Assembly: GCA_964546435.1 (NCBI GenBank)
Contig: CAZJKJ010000001.1
Coordinates: forward strand, 75,470-139,469
Source: an uncultured Cellvibrionaceae bacterium
Lineage (GTDB): Bacteria > Pseudomonadota > Gammaproteobacteria > Pseudomonadales > Cellvibrionaceae
DNA: 64,000 bases
Reading direction: 5' to 3'
Of the stretch, positions 9,875 through 18,634 are shown piece after piece (position 1 is the first letter of the stretch; each line of letters starts with the position of its first letter). Made by a program: the position numbers and the translations under genes. Below the pieces are notes generated by a model. It saw only the letters and a program-made list of their open reading frames with translations, was not told the DNA's origin and did no database searches.

Positions 9875-10231
9875 CTAATCCGCTTTCTGAACCCGGATTT
9901 TTCGGAGGGTCTGCACCGCCAACGCAATGCCGATGGTCAGGACAGCGACAACCGTGAGCGCCGACAGTAGTGGTGCGCCGGCGCGCCAGAAACTGCTGTC
10001 ATTGTCGACAATGCCTTCAAAAGCTGCGATCAACCAGGCCGGCGCCAGGTAATCCATGTCCGAAGAGGCGTACCAGGGGACGAGAAAGAAGATCAAGCCC
10101 AGCACTCGCAACAGCGTTCGCACCAGCCGGAAGCGTATGCCTGCGGTGAGATACCACCAGCAGCCCATTACCAAAACAACACCGAGCAAATAGAAAAGCC
10201 AACCGTAAAGATATTCCGACTGCGTGTACAT
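9875..10231 (-). CDS. small integral membrane protein, unknown function
   Basis: 118 aa with 3-4 hydrophobic helices (WLFYLLGVVLVMGCWWYL, VLGLIFFLVPWY, LLSALTVVAVLTIGIALAV). Confidence 0.5.
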   Translation of the reverse strand: MYTQSEYLYGWLFYLLGVVLVMGCWWYLTAGIRFRLVRTLLRVLGLIFFLVPWYASSDMDYLAPAWLIAAFEGIVDNDSSFWRAGAPLLSALTVVAVLTIGIALAVQTLRKIRVQKAD

Positions 10232-10278
10232 AAATTAATCCAGACATGAAAATCCGGCCAAGGCGGTCACCGGGCCGG

Positions 10279-10500
10279 TTAATAGTGTGGCGGTCGCTCG
10301 TCCAGCGGCGGCCTCTCCAACGTTTCGATTTGCTCCCGCAGTTCCAGATTTTTCTGCAGAACGTCTTTGCAGAGAATTCGCAGACGTTCCAGCTCGCCGC
10401 TCTGGCGGAGCAGTTCCATGCTCAAATCCTGAATCGCGTCTTCCTGAAAGGCGACCCGACTCTGCAGATCTTCTGCAACCGCTTGCCAGGATTCCGTCAT
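10279..10500 (-). CDS. slyX: SlyX family protein
   Basis: Met at 10500 gives MTESWQAVAEDLQSRVAFQEDAIQDLS...ERPPHY, a typical SlyX coiled coil of about 73 aa with a C-terminal PPHY. Confidence 0.8.
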   Translation of the reverse strand: MTESWQAVAEDLQSRVAFQEDAIQDLSMELLRQSGELERLRILCKDVLQKNLELREQIETLERPPLDERPPHY

Positions 10501-10513
10501 ATCATTGCACCCA

Positions 10514-10975
10514 TCATTCGTGGACCCACTGCACGATACGCTCTTCCCAGTCGTCTTCATGCACATGCTCTTCGCTCACAACCCGCCCCACGACAGACCA
10601 GCCTTCCCGGATCGTGGAGAAGCGATCACCGGTAACAAGCGGATGCCAGTCCGGTAAATCCCGCGCTTCGAAAATCCGCCGATAACCACAGGTATCGGGC
10701 AGCCAGTCACTCTCTTCCACTGTCTCTGGCGTCAAGCGACTGCACAGGGGCACGTTGATTTGCCGGTTATTGTAGTCACGGCATCGCGCGTTGGACAGAT
10801 CGAGATAACGGCAGGCAATGTCGGTGTGGTACAGCTGTTCGTCATCCTCGTCCAGCAGCTTGACCAGGCAACATTTGCCGCAGCCATCGCACAGGCTTTC
10901 CCATTGCGCCGGGGTCATTTCGTCCAGACGCAGGGTTTTCCAGAACGGCGGCGTAGCCGCAACAGAAATACTCAT
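10514..10975 (-). CDS. ycgN: YcgN family cysteine-cluster protein (UPF0260)
   Basis: FWKTLRLDEMTPAQWESLCDGCGKCCLVKL...DIACRYLD...ARCRDY is the characteristic YcgN Cys pattern. The Met at 10975 gives about 153 aa. Confidence 0.8.
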   Translation of the reverse strand: MSISVAATPPFWKTLRLDEMTPAQWESLCDGCGKCCLVKLLDEDDEQLYHTDIACRYLDLSNARCRDYNNRQINVPLCSRLTPETVEESDWLPDTCGYRRIFEARDLPDWHPLVTGDRFSTIREGWSVVGRVVSEEHVHEDDWEERIVQWVHE

Positions 10976-10985
10976 TGCGGGCCTG

Positions 10986-11273
10986 TCAGTACAGCTTGCT
11001 GTTGCGTTGCGCCATGGCAACCATGTCGCCCCCGGGTAGTGGCGGTACCTGCAGGTAAAAACCCTGTTCCCGCAGGGCGTCGAGTACCGAGTTCACATCC
11101 GCACGGGCGAGCTTGCGCTCGGGCGTGAGTTCAAGGGTCATGGCCAGGGTGGCATTGCCGAAAACCTGCTGGAGTTCCGGGGGTACTTTTGTCAGACCCG
11201 CCCCTTGTACAACATACAGATACAGATCTTCCCGTTTCGAGCTGCGATAAATATCGCTGGTAACTGCGTTCAT
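10986..11273 (-). CDS. ycgL: YcgL domain-containing protein
   Basis: DIYRSSKREDLYLYVVQGAGLTKVPPEL...EQGFYLQVPP is typical of YcgL. Its ATG overlaps the rnd stop as ATGA. Confidence 0.8.
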   Translation of the reverse strand: MNAVTSDIYRSSKREDLYLYVVQGAGLTKVPPELQQVFGNATLAMTLELTPERKLARADVNSVLDALREQGFYLQVPPLPGGDMVAMAQRNSKLY

Positions 11274-12397
11274 ATAACGTCCTGCAAAGCGCGGGTAATG
11301 GCCTCGACCCGCCACGCGGCCATGGATGGTGGCAACAATAGATCGCCATTGGCCCCCTGGCCGATCGCTCTTGCCATAAATTCATAATCACTGCGTTTTG
11401 CCACGAGTTCAGGCGCAATTCCGCATTGGTCGGCCACCCGGGCAATCTGCTCTCGCAATTTCTTGACGGTGGCCCGCTGTTGGCTATCCAGAGGTGGCAG
11501 TGACTGAATTTCGGGCAAGTCACTGTCCGCAACCGCGCGAACCTCATCCAGAACGGCGATAATCTGTTCCCCGAACTTGCGGACGGTGCCGGCATGAATA
11601 CCTTCAAAGCCCTGCAGCTGACTGGTGCTGGTCGGCATCCGTGCGGCCAGATCGTACAGGATACTGTCGCTCAAAACACGCCCTCGCGGAATGTCCCGAC
11701 TGCGCGCCACGGATTCGCGCCAACGGGCCAGTGCCTGCAAAGCAGCCAGGGCACGGCCTTTCAACCGCCAGGCACCCTTCAATCTTTCGCATGCCTTATC
11801 CGGGTGCTGCATCTCGTGGAACCGCTGGGCCATGACCTGGTACTCGTGGTCCAGCCAGGCCATCCGTTCCAGGTCTTCAAGCTCTTTCAGGAGCTGCTCC
11901 GCCACAACAAACAGGAACTCGACGTCCAGCGCCGCATAATTTTCCTGAGCGGGTGTCAACGGCCGCTGCAGCCAATCCGACCGCGTTTCTCCTTTGGGAA
12001 GACTCACGCCGAGCAGCTTTTCCACAAGATTGGCGTACCCTACCGAGAATCCGTAGCCGCACAAGGCGGCCGCTATCTGAGTGTCGATCACCTTGCCGGG
12101 CAGTTCACCCGTGAGGTGATGAAAAACCTCCAGATCTTCGGAACACGAATGCATCACTTTCACAATCGACTCGTTTCGCAGGATCTCGATAAATGCTGAC
12201 AGGTCTTGCAGTTGCAACGGATCGAGCAGAAACGACCCGACCCCATCGTGAACCTGAATCAGCGCGGGTATCGGAAAAAAAGTGTCGGTCCGCATGAACT
12301 CGGTATCGACAGCCAGGAGCGGTGCGGATTTCCAGAGCGCACATTGTGCCTCCAGTGCGGATTCCGTCTGAATCCAGTGGATCGGTTTCAACAACAT
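11270..12397 (-). CDS. rnd: ribonuclease D
   Basis: DEDD exonuclease motifs LLAVDTEFMRTDTFFP, KVMHSCSEDLEV and YAALDV. 375 aa with an HRDC-like C-terminal part. Confidence 0.9.
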   Translation of the reverse strand: MLLKPIHWIQTESALEAQCALWKSAPLLAVDTEFMRTDTFFPIPALIQVHDGVGSFLLDPLQLQDLSAFIEILRNESIVKVMHSCSEDLEVFHHLTGELPGKVIDTQIAAALCGYGFSVGYANLVEKLLGVSLPKGETRSDWLQRPLTPAQENYAALDVEFLFVVAEQLLKELEDLERMAWLDHEYQVMAQRFHEMQHPDKACERLKGAWRLKGRALAALQALARWRESVARSRDIPRGRVLSDSILYDLAARMPTSTSQLQGFEGIHAGTVRKFGEQIIAVLDEVRAVADSDLPEIQSLPPLDSQQRATVKKLREQIARVADQCGIAPELVAKRSDYEFMARAIGQGANGDLLLPPSMAAWRVEAITRALQDVI

Positions 12398-12400
12398 TAT

Positions 12401-12991
12401 CTAAAGTTCCCGGCGACTGGCGAGCGCATGCGCAAGCGTATTGCCATCAATGTATTCAAGTTCTCCCCCCATGGGGACGCCATGGGCAATTCGGCTCGCC
12501 GGAATTCCCAGTTCCCGCGCCCGCTCGCCCAGATAATGGGCGGTGGCCTCGCCTTCCATGGTGGATCCGGTCGCGACAATCATCTCTTGCACACCCTGTT
12601 GCAGTCGCTCCCGCAATTCGACCATTCCGAGTTCGGCAGGGCCTATGCCGTCAATGGGAGACAAATGTCCATGAAGCACGAAATAAAGTCCGTTGAACGA
12701 CCCCGCCTGCTCGAGTGCCAGCACGTCCGCCGGATTTTCCACGACGCACAAGATCCCGGACTCGCGCCGGGGGTTGGCACAGATCCGGCACAAGGGCTGC
12801 TCCGTCAGCGTCCGGCACTGCCGGCAGCGGGCCACCTGGGCTACGGCCCGTTGCAACGCGTGCGCCAGGTTCGAAGCCCCTGCACGGTTACGTTCCAGTA
12901 AATGGAACGCCATTCGCTGTGCGCTTTTGGGCCCGACACCGGGCAATACCCGCAGCGCGGCGATCAGTTCATCGATCAGGGGACTGAACAC
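12401..12991 (-). CDS. recR: recombination protein RecR
   Basis: [17 protein letters not shown] helix-hairpin-helix, a C4 zinc finger ([16 protein letters not shown]) and a Toprim domain. Confidence 0.95.
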   Translation of the reverse strand: MFSPLIDELIAALRVLPGVGPKSAQRMAFHLLERNRAGASNLAHALQRAVAQVARCRQCRTLTEQPLCRICANPRRESGILCVVENPADVLALEQAGSFNGLYFVLHGHLSPIDGIGPAELGMVELRERLQQGVQEMIVATGSTMEGEATAHYLGERARELGIPASRIAHGVPMGGELEYIDGNTLAHALASRREL

Positions 12992-13000
12992 GCATTGGCC

Positions 13001-13321
13001 TCAGAATGGCATCTTGAAGCCAGGGGGTATTCCCAAACCACCCGCCAGACCTTTCATTTTTTCGTTTTTGGCTTCCTCGACCCGCCGCACCGCATCATTG
13101 ACAGCGGCGGCCAGCAGGTCTTCCAGCATTTCCCGATCTTCGCTCATCAGGCTTTGATCGATCTGTACGCGACGTACATCGTTGCGCCCGTTCATGGTGA
13201 CGCTGACCAACCCTGCGCCGGACTGTCCCTGGATTTCGATATTGGCCAGCTCCTCCTGCATCTGTTGCATTTTTCCCTGCATTTCCTGCACTTGCTTCAT
13301 TACATCGCCCATGTTGAACAT
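13001..13321 (-). CDS. ybaB: YbaB/EbfC family nucleoid-associated protein
   Basis: [19 protein letters not shown]..., 106 aa, in the conserved dnaX-ybaB-recR order. Confidence 0.95.
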   Translation of the reverse strand: MFNMGDVMKQVQEMQGKMQQMQEELANIEIQGQSGAGLVSVTMNGRNDVRRVQIDQSLMSEDREMLEDLLAAAVNDAVRRVEEAKNEKMKGLAGGLGIPPGFKMPF

Positions 13322-13489
13322 TGGCCTACCTCTCGCTGTTTTACTGTCCTGAATTCTGTACTGAATTCTGTACTGTCCTGAATGTCCTACTGTCTATGTC
13401 AGTGGACACGCGGCTCGTGTGCCAGTTTCCTCGAAGCCGCTTTATCACGCCTTGCCTGACCCTTCGCTCGACGACTTTTCGTACAGACC

Positions 13490-15406
13490 CTAGTGTTTAA
13501 TCTGGATACTTTCGGGGATCAACCTTCCGCCCAGCTCCTGCTGCAAACTGAGAACCACCGGATCGCCCTGAAACTGATCCAGCACTTCCTGGCGTCGTTG
13601 GATACGCCGTCGTTCCGCTGCCAGAAAAGGCGTCACTGCGCCGTCTGGAAGCGCCTGCACGCGAATGTCTACCTTGACCGGAACATTGAAATACCGGGAC
13701 AACAGCTCAGCCAGTTTCGGTCCGTGAGAATCGTCGTACAGACTCGCCTTCGTCTGGTCCAGAGCAAAAACCAGCCGACCCTGCTCCCGATTCAGCAACA
13801 CGCAGTTGCCAAATGTTGTCTGCAGGATCCCGCGAATACTCAGGGACTGATAAATCGTCAACCAGTCCGCTGGCTGCATGTCCTCCCAAGCGCCAGCCCA
13901 GCCGGCCGGTGGCACGTCGGCTGCGGTTACCGTTACTTCTGTTTCCGGTACTTCTGTTTCTGCTATTTCGGTCTTTGCTGGCGTTGTTTTTGTGTCAGGG
14001 GTTGACCGTGCCGGCGCTGAATACCTTGATGCTTCAGATATTTCCGGCGCTGCCGGTCGGTCCGCCATATCCGAAGCGAGGCGGAGCTCAGCTACCGGCT
14101 TTTTTCCGGTAAGGTCGGCCTCCCGGCCCGACTCCTGGGATACCACGGGCCGGCCGGTAACCTGGGACATGCCCGAATCGTCCATCGGGGGATAACCATC
14201 ATCGGGATAGCCCCTGTCATGAGAGTCCCTGTCATGAGAGTCCCTATCATGAGCGCCCTTGCCATAAGAGGCGTCACCAGAATGATCGTCGGACTGGCCA
14301 TCGCCGGCGAGATCCCCCGGGAACTGGGGCCGAAAGGCGAGCATTCGCAGCAGGATCATTTCGAATCCGGCCCGCGGATCCGGCGCAAGTTCGAGATCCC
14401 GCCGGCCCGTCAAGGCAATCTGGTAAAAAAGCTGCACGTCTTCGGCCGGTATACGACGGGCAAGTGTCACGATGCGCTCACGATCTCCGAAACTGTTGTC
14501 CAGCGCTTCAGGCACTGTCTGGGCGATGGCGATCCGGTGTAGCGCCGTGAGCAGGTCGGCCAATGCTGCGCCGTAATCGGGCGCCTGTTCGGCGAAGGCG
14601 CTGATGGTGGTCAGTACAGCGCGACCGTCGGCGTCGGCCAGAGCATCGATCAGGGTCTCAATAAGGCGGTGGTCGATGGTCCCCAGCATGGCGCTGACAT
14701 CGTCTGTGATCACCTTGCCGCTGCCGAAACCGATGGCCTGGTCTGTCAGGCTCAGGGCGTCCCGCATGCTGCCGTCGGCGGAACGGGCCAGCAGCCACAA
14801 TGCACTCTCTTCAAACGGCAGCTGTTCTTGTCCGAGCACCGTTTTCAAATGCGTCACGATGCGTTCCGGGCTCATGTTCTTGAGATTGAACTGAAGACAG
14901 CGCGACAGGATGGTCACGGGAAGTTTTTGCGGATCGGTGGTGGCCAGCAGGAATTTGACGTGTTCGGGCGGTTCTTCCAGCGTCTTGAGCAACGCATTGA
15001 AGCTGTGACTCGAGAGCATGTGGACTTCGTCGATGAGGTAGATCTTGAAGCGGCCACGGGTCGGTGCGTACTGAACGTTATCAAGAAGCTCGCGGGTATC
15101 CTCAACGCGGGTGCGGGAGGCGGCATCGACTTCGATCAGATCAACAAACCGGCCCGAACCGATTTCAGTACATGCCGAGCATTCTCCACACGGGGTCGAG
15201 GTGATACCGGATTCGCAGTTAAGACATTTGGCAAGGATGCGCGCGATGGTGGTCTTGCCGACACCACGAGTGCCGGTAAACAGGTAGGCGTGATGCAACC
15301 TGTTGTGATCCAGTGCATTAACCAACGCCTTGAGGACATGCTCCTGACCGACCATTTCGCGAAAGTTGCGAGGCCGCCATTTGCGCGCTAACACCTGATA
15401 ACTCAA
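13490..15406 (-). CDS. dnaX: DNA polymerase III subunits tau and gamma
   Basis: SYQVLARKWRP, Walker A GTRGVGKTT, a zinc module (CLNCESGITSTPCGECSAC), and DEVHMLS. TTG at 15406 is preceded by GGAGG at 5-nt spacing and gives the canonical MSYQVLARKWRP. The ORF opens with GTG at 15418. Confidence 0.95.
   Translation of the reverse strand: MSYQVLARKWRPRNFREMVGQEHVLKALVNALDHNRLHHAYLFTGTRGVGKTTIARILAKCLNCESGITSTPCGECSACTEIGSGRFVDLIEVDAASRTRVEDTRELLDNVQYAPTRGRFKIYLIDEVHMLSSHSFNALLKTLEEPPEHVKFLLATTDPQKLPVTILSRCLQFNLKNMSPERIVTHLKTVLGQEQLPFEESALWLLARSADGSMRDALSLTDQAIGFGSGKVITDDVSAMLGTIDHRLIETLIDALADADGRAVLTTISAFAEQAPDYGAALADLLTALHRIAIAQTVPEALDNSFGDRERIVTLARRIPAEDVQLFYQIALTGRRDLELAPDPRAGFEMILLRMLAFRPQFPGDLAGDGQSDDHSGDASYGKGAHDRDSHDRDSHDRGYPDDGYPPMDDSGMSQVTGRPVVSQESGREADLTGKKPVAELRLASDMADRPAAPEISEASRYSAPARSTPDTKTTPAKTEIAETEVPETEVTVTAADVPPAGWAGAWEDMQPADWLTIYQSLSIRGILQTTFGNCVLLNREQGRLVFALDQTKASLYDDSHGPKLAELLSRYFNVPVKVDIRVQALPDGAVTPFLAAERRRIQRRQEVLDQFQGDPVVLSLQQELGGRLIPESIQIKH
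14099..14105 (-). promoter_or_regulatory. candidate programmed -1 ribosomal frameshift heptamer A AAA AAG inside dnaX
   Basis: The zero frame reads GGA AAA AAG CCG GTA GCT GAG. The -1 frame reads AAA AAA GCC GGT AGC TGA, a stop after 3 codons. An SD-like GGGAGG lies 13 nt upstream (14119-14124), and a UCCGCC...GGCGGA hairpin lies downstream. Confidence 0.6.
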
Positions 15407-15642
15407 TCTACCCTCCACTTTGGCGCCATCGTTCGCAAATATGAAACGGCTCCCGAAAAACCTTTAGAGCTTCCGGATGATGCCTCTTGTGCGGCAGATT
15501 TGCGAACGGTCACTACGGAACCTCTGACAAGACACATCAAGCAAGGTTGCCACTCAGACAGATCAGAGCCGCAGGCAATGGTCCTGCTGGTCACAGAAGG
15601 TCGGGGATTATAACGCAAGTGGAGGGCTGGGGCAGAAATGTT

Positions 15643-15757
15643 GGAGGGGACCCTAACCAGCCTTACCCCGGCACACAGTAAAAACTACTACCGTTGCTCC
15701 CTTCCGGGCCTGGCGGGGTTCGCAGCCAACTGTTGCGAGGAGACCGGAAAGGGCCAC
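15643..15757 (-). ncRNA. ffs: signal recognition particle RNA (4.5S-type)
   Basis: The minus strand reads GGUGGCCC...UCUCCUCGCAAC...CCAGGCCCGGAAGGGAGCAACGG...GUGUGCCGGGGUAAGGCUGG...GGGUCCCCUCC. It is collinear with E. coli 4.5S RNA, including the domain IV GGAA tetraloop motif. The 5' and 3' ends can pair, and it sits upstream of dnaX as in many gammaproteobacteria. Ends are approximate. Confidence 0.8.
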
Positions 15758-15857
15758 CATCAAAACCGATTCATATCGGAAGCGCGCATTATCCGGTTTT
15801 TGGGTGCGAATGCAAGAGCAAGGCGCTCTTGCCTGCTCTTGCATTCTCCGTTTGAGC

Positions 15858-17045
15858 TCAGCCCCGGCCGCCTGCACGGATCATGCGCACACGTTTTACA
15901 TGTTCAGTGGCGGCAATGGCCTTGATGACTTCCTCCGACGGCGCCTCCCCCAGATCGATGATGTTGTAGGCCAGATCACCCCGGCTCTTGTTAACCATGT
16001 CGATTACGTTGACAGTGTGCCTGGTAAAAACCGACAGGACATTGCCCAGCACGCCCGAGACGTTGTCGTTGCTGAACGTCAACCGGCAGCAGCCGTTGAT
16101 GGGACCAAGATCCGTCTGGGGGAAGTTGACCGAATTGGTGATATTGCCGTTTTCCAGAAAGTCACACAGCTGGTCTGCCGCCATGACGGCGCAGTTGTCT
16201 TCAGCTTCTGCCGTGCTCGCGCCGATATGTGGCAGAGCAATAACATCTTTACGCCCGCGCATCGCCGGTGTCGGGAAATCACAGATATATTGGCGCAACC
16301 GGCCGGCATCCAGCGCTGCCAGAATGGCCGCATCATCCACAATCGCGTCCCGGGCAAAGTTGACCAGGGTGGCGGACGGCTTCATGGCGACCAGGGTCTC
16401 CGCATTGATCATGTGACGGGTGGCGTCCAGCGCGGGTACGTGCAGGGATACGTAATCGCTGGCGGCCAGCAGCTGAGCCAGGTTTTCCTTGCGCTGAACC
16501 TGACTGGGCAGACGCCAGGCGGCCTCGACCGACAGAGCCGGGTCAAAACCGACCACGCGCATTCCCAGTGCCAGCGCCATTTCTGCAACCATGGATCCGA
16601 TGGCGCCAAGCCCTACAACGCCGAGGGTCTTGCCTTTCAGCTCACGCCCGGCAAACCGCTTTTTTTCCGCCTCGAGCAGCGCCGACAGTTCATCCAGCCG
16701 GTCAAGGGTGAGGCCGTTGACGAACTCTCGTCCACCGAGAATATCGCGGGAACTCAGCAACATCCCCGCCAGCACCAACTCCTTCACCGCGTTGGCGTTA
16801 GCACCGGGCGTATTGAATGCGACTATGCCCCGCTGGCTGTACTCGGCGACCGGCAGATTGTTGACACCTGCCCCGGCCCGGGCCACTGCCAGCAAGGTTT
16901 CGGGAATCGCTTCACCATGAAGTTTATGACTGCGGACGATATATGCATCTGCTCGATCCAGCTCCGGCCCCACTTCATAGTGGGCTGCGGGAAACTGCTC
17001 CAGGCCGATGGGAGAGATTTTGTTATAGGTTTTAACGAAAAACAT
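15858..17045 (-). CDS. serA: D-3-phosphoglycerate dehydrogenase (395-aa type with C-terminal regulatory domain)
   Basis: 2-hydroxyacid dehydrogenase NAD site GVVGLGAIGSMVA, a catalytic-region HIGAST motif, and an adjacent serC. Confidence 0.8.
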   Translation of the reverse strand: MFFVKTYNKISPIGLEQFPAAHYEVGPELDRADAYIVRSHKLHGEAIPETLLAVARAGAGVNNLPVAEYSQRGIVAFNTPGANANAVKELVLAGMLLSSRDILGGREFVNGLTLDRLDELSALLEAEKKRFAGRELKGKTLGVVGLGAIGSMVAEMALALGMRVVGFDPALSVEAAWRLPSQVQRKENLAQLLAASDYVSLHVPALDATRHMINAETLVAMKPSATLVNFARDAIVDDAAILAALDAGRLRQYICDFPTPAMRGRKDVIALPHIGASTAEAEDNCAVMAADQLCDFLENGNITNSVNFPQTDLGPINGCCRLTFSNDNVSGVLGNVLSVFTRHTVNVIDMVNKSRGDLAYNIIDLGEAPSEEVIKAIAATEHVKRVRMIRAGGRG

Positions 17046-17292
17046 GAAGCCTCCTTAAATACTGCGCACCGCGCCTTGAGCTTTGCGCACCCCAATAGAC
17101 ATTCAAGGCCGTGCAAATGAGCGAGGACAAAGCAGTTGTCGGGTTATTTGACACCGGGAAACAGGCGCCGATCTTAGTCCACTGTTTTGCAATACAATTT
17201 TATATGGCACAGTTTGTGCTAAGAGATGAATACCAGCTGGAAAACCTTTTATTGACGTTTTTCAGGAAGGTAAACCTTGTTTCTTCGATTCT

Positions 17293-17318
17293 GCCCTGGC
17301 TTGCCAGGGCTTTTTTTT
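17293..17318 (+). terminator. Rho-independent terminator oriented for the plus strand
   Basis: GCCCTGGC TT GCCAGGGC hairpin followed by eight T residues (17311-17318). It lies in the serC-serA spacer although both genes are on the minus strand. Confidence 0.55.
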
Positions 17319-17356
17319 GCCGCGACGAAAGGATATCCCGCCGCGACGACACTGCG

Positions 17357-18472
17357 TCAGCCGACCACTTCGTGGTAAACCCACTCCAGCCATGGCATTA
17401 ATGCTTGCAGATCGGCCGCTTCGACCGTCGCGCCACACCACAGGCGCAGACCCGGAGGCGCGTCGCGGTAAGCGCCGATATCGTAGGCTACCCCTTCCTT
17501 CTCCAGTCGCTTGGCGATGGCTTTAACCTGATCCGCAGTCGCCTTTAAAGTCAGGCATACGCTAGTATTCGAGCGGATTTGCGCATCGGCGGCGAGAAAC
17601 TCGATCCAGTCCTTGCTCGCCACGAAATCTTCAACCACTTTCAGATTGGCTTCGGACCGGCTGATGGTGCCCTCCACGCCGCCCAGATCGCGCACCCATT
17701 GCAGTGCATCCAGGTAATCCGCCACGCACAGCATGGAAGGCGTATTGATCGTCTCACCTTTGAAGATCCCTTCCACCAGCTTGCCACCCTTGGTCATGCG
17801 GAACAGCTTGGGCATCGGCCAGGCCGGCACCCAGGATTCCAGCCGCTCCACTGCGCGCGGGCTCAGGATCAGCATCCCGTGGGCCCCTTCCCCGCCGAGC
17901 ACTTTCTGCCACGAATAAGTTACGACATCCAGTTTGGACCAGGGCAAGGGCATGGCAAACACGGCCGAGGTGGCATCACAAATGGTCAGCCCGGCGCGAT
18001 CGTCGGGAATCCAGTTGCCGTCGGGCACCTTTACGCCGGAGGTGGTGCCGTTCCAGGTGAAGATGACATCGTTATCGAAGTTGGCTTTCGCCAGATCGGG
18101 AAGCAGACCGTAATCCGCCTCGAACACCCGGGTGTTCTGAAGCTTCAGCTGCTTGGTAACATCCGTGACCCAGCCCGAGCCGAAGGATTCCCACGCAAGG
18201 ATGTCGACGCCGCGACTGCCCAGCAGGGACCACATCGCCATCTCCATGGCGCCGGTATCGGAACCCGCAACAATGCCCACCCGGTAACCTGGCGGCAGCT
18301 CCAGCAGTTCGGCCGTGTCGGTGCAGGCCTTTTCCAGAACCTGTTTGCCCAGCGCGGAACGGTGCGAGCGGCCAAGTGTTTCCAGATCGAGCTTGCTGAC
18401 GTCATATCCGGGTCGCTTGCTGCAAGGACCGGAAGAAAAGTTGGGATTGGCGGGCTTGACCGACGGCTGCAT
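17357..18472 (-). CDS. serC: phosphoserine aminotransferase
   Basis: N-terminus [17 protein letters not shown] and overall class-V aminotransferase features of the 370-aa SerC subtype. Adjacent to serA. Confidence 0.85.
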   Translation of the reverse strand: MQPSVKPANPNFSSGPCSKRPGYDVSKLDLETLGRSHRSALGKQVLEKACTDTAELLELPPGYRVGIVAGSDTGAMEMAMWSLLGSRGVDILAWESFGSGWVTDVTKQLKLQNTRVFEADYGLLPDLAKANFDNDVIFTWNGTTSGVKVPDGNWIPDDRAGLTICDATSAVFAMPLPWSKLDVVTYSWQKVLGGEGAHGMLILSPRAVERLESWVPAWPMPKLFRMTKGGKLVEGIFKGETINTPSMLCVADYLDALQWVRDLGGVEGTISRSEANLKVVEDFVASKDWIEFLAADAQIRSNTSVCLTLKATADQVKAIAKRLEKEGVAYDIGAYRDAPPGLRLWCGATVEAADLQALMPWLEWVYHEVVG

Positions 18473-18634
18473 GGGTTTCCTCTCGAAAATGGTAAGAACA
18501 GTGGCAATGGCCGCAAAGACTGCGGCGACACTCTGAAGAAAAAGAGCGGCATTATGCCAGCAACACAGGATTTATCACAGGCGGCGCCGGGAGCAGCGCA
18601 GCCTGCAGTTGCCGGAATTGGAACCGGTAAAAAC

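Noticed and set aside
13335-13390. Short imperfect repeats (TGTCCTGAAT / TGTACTGAATTC units) between dnaX and ybaB
   Set aside because: There are only 2-3 degenerate copies of 10-12 bp and no spacer structure. This is not a CRISPR array or a recognisable REP element.
14669-15391. 240-aa plus-strand ORF inside dnaX
   Set aside because: It is antisense to the ATPase domain of dnaX, which is unambiguous.
15804-17120. 438-aa plus-strand ORF
   Set aside because: It is antisense to serA across its whole length, with shadow-frame composition and no motifs.
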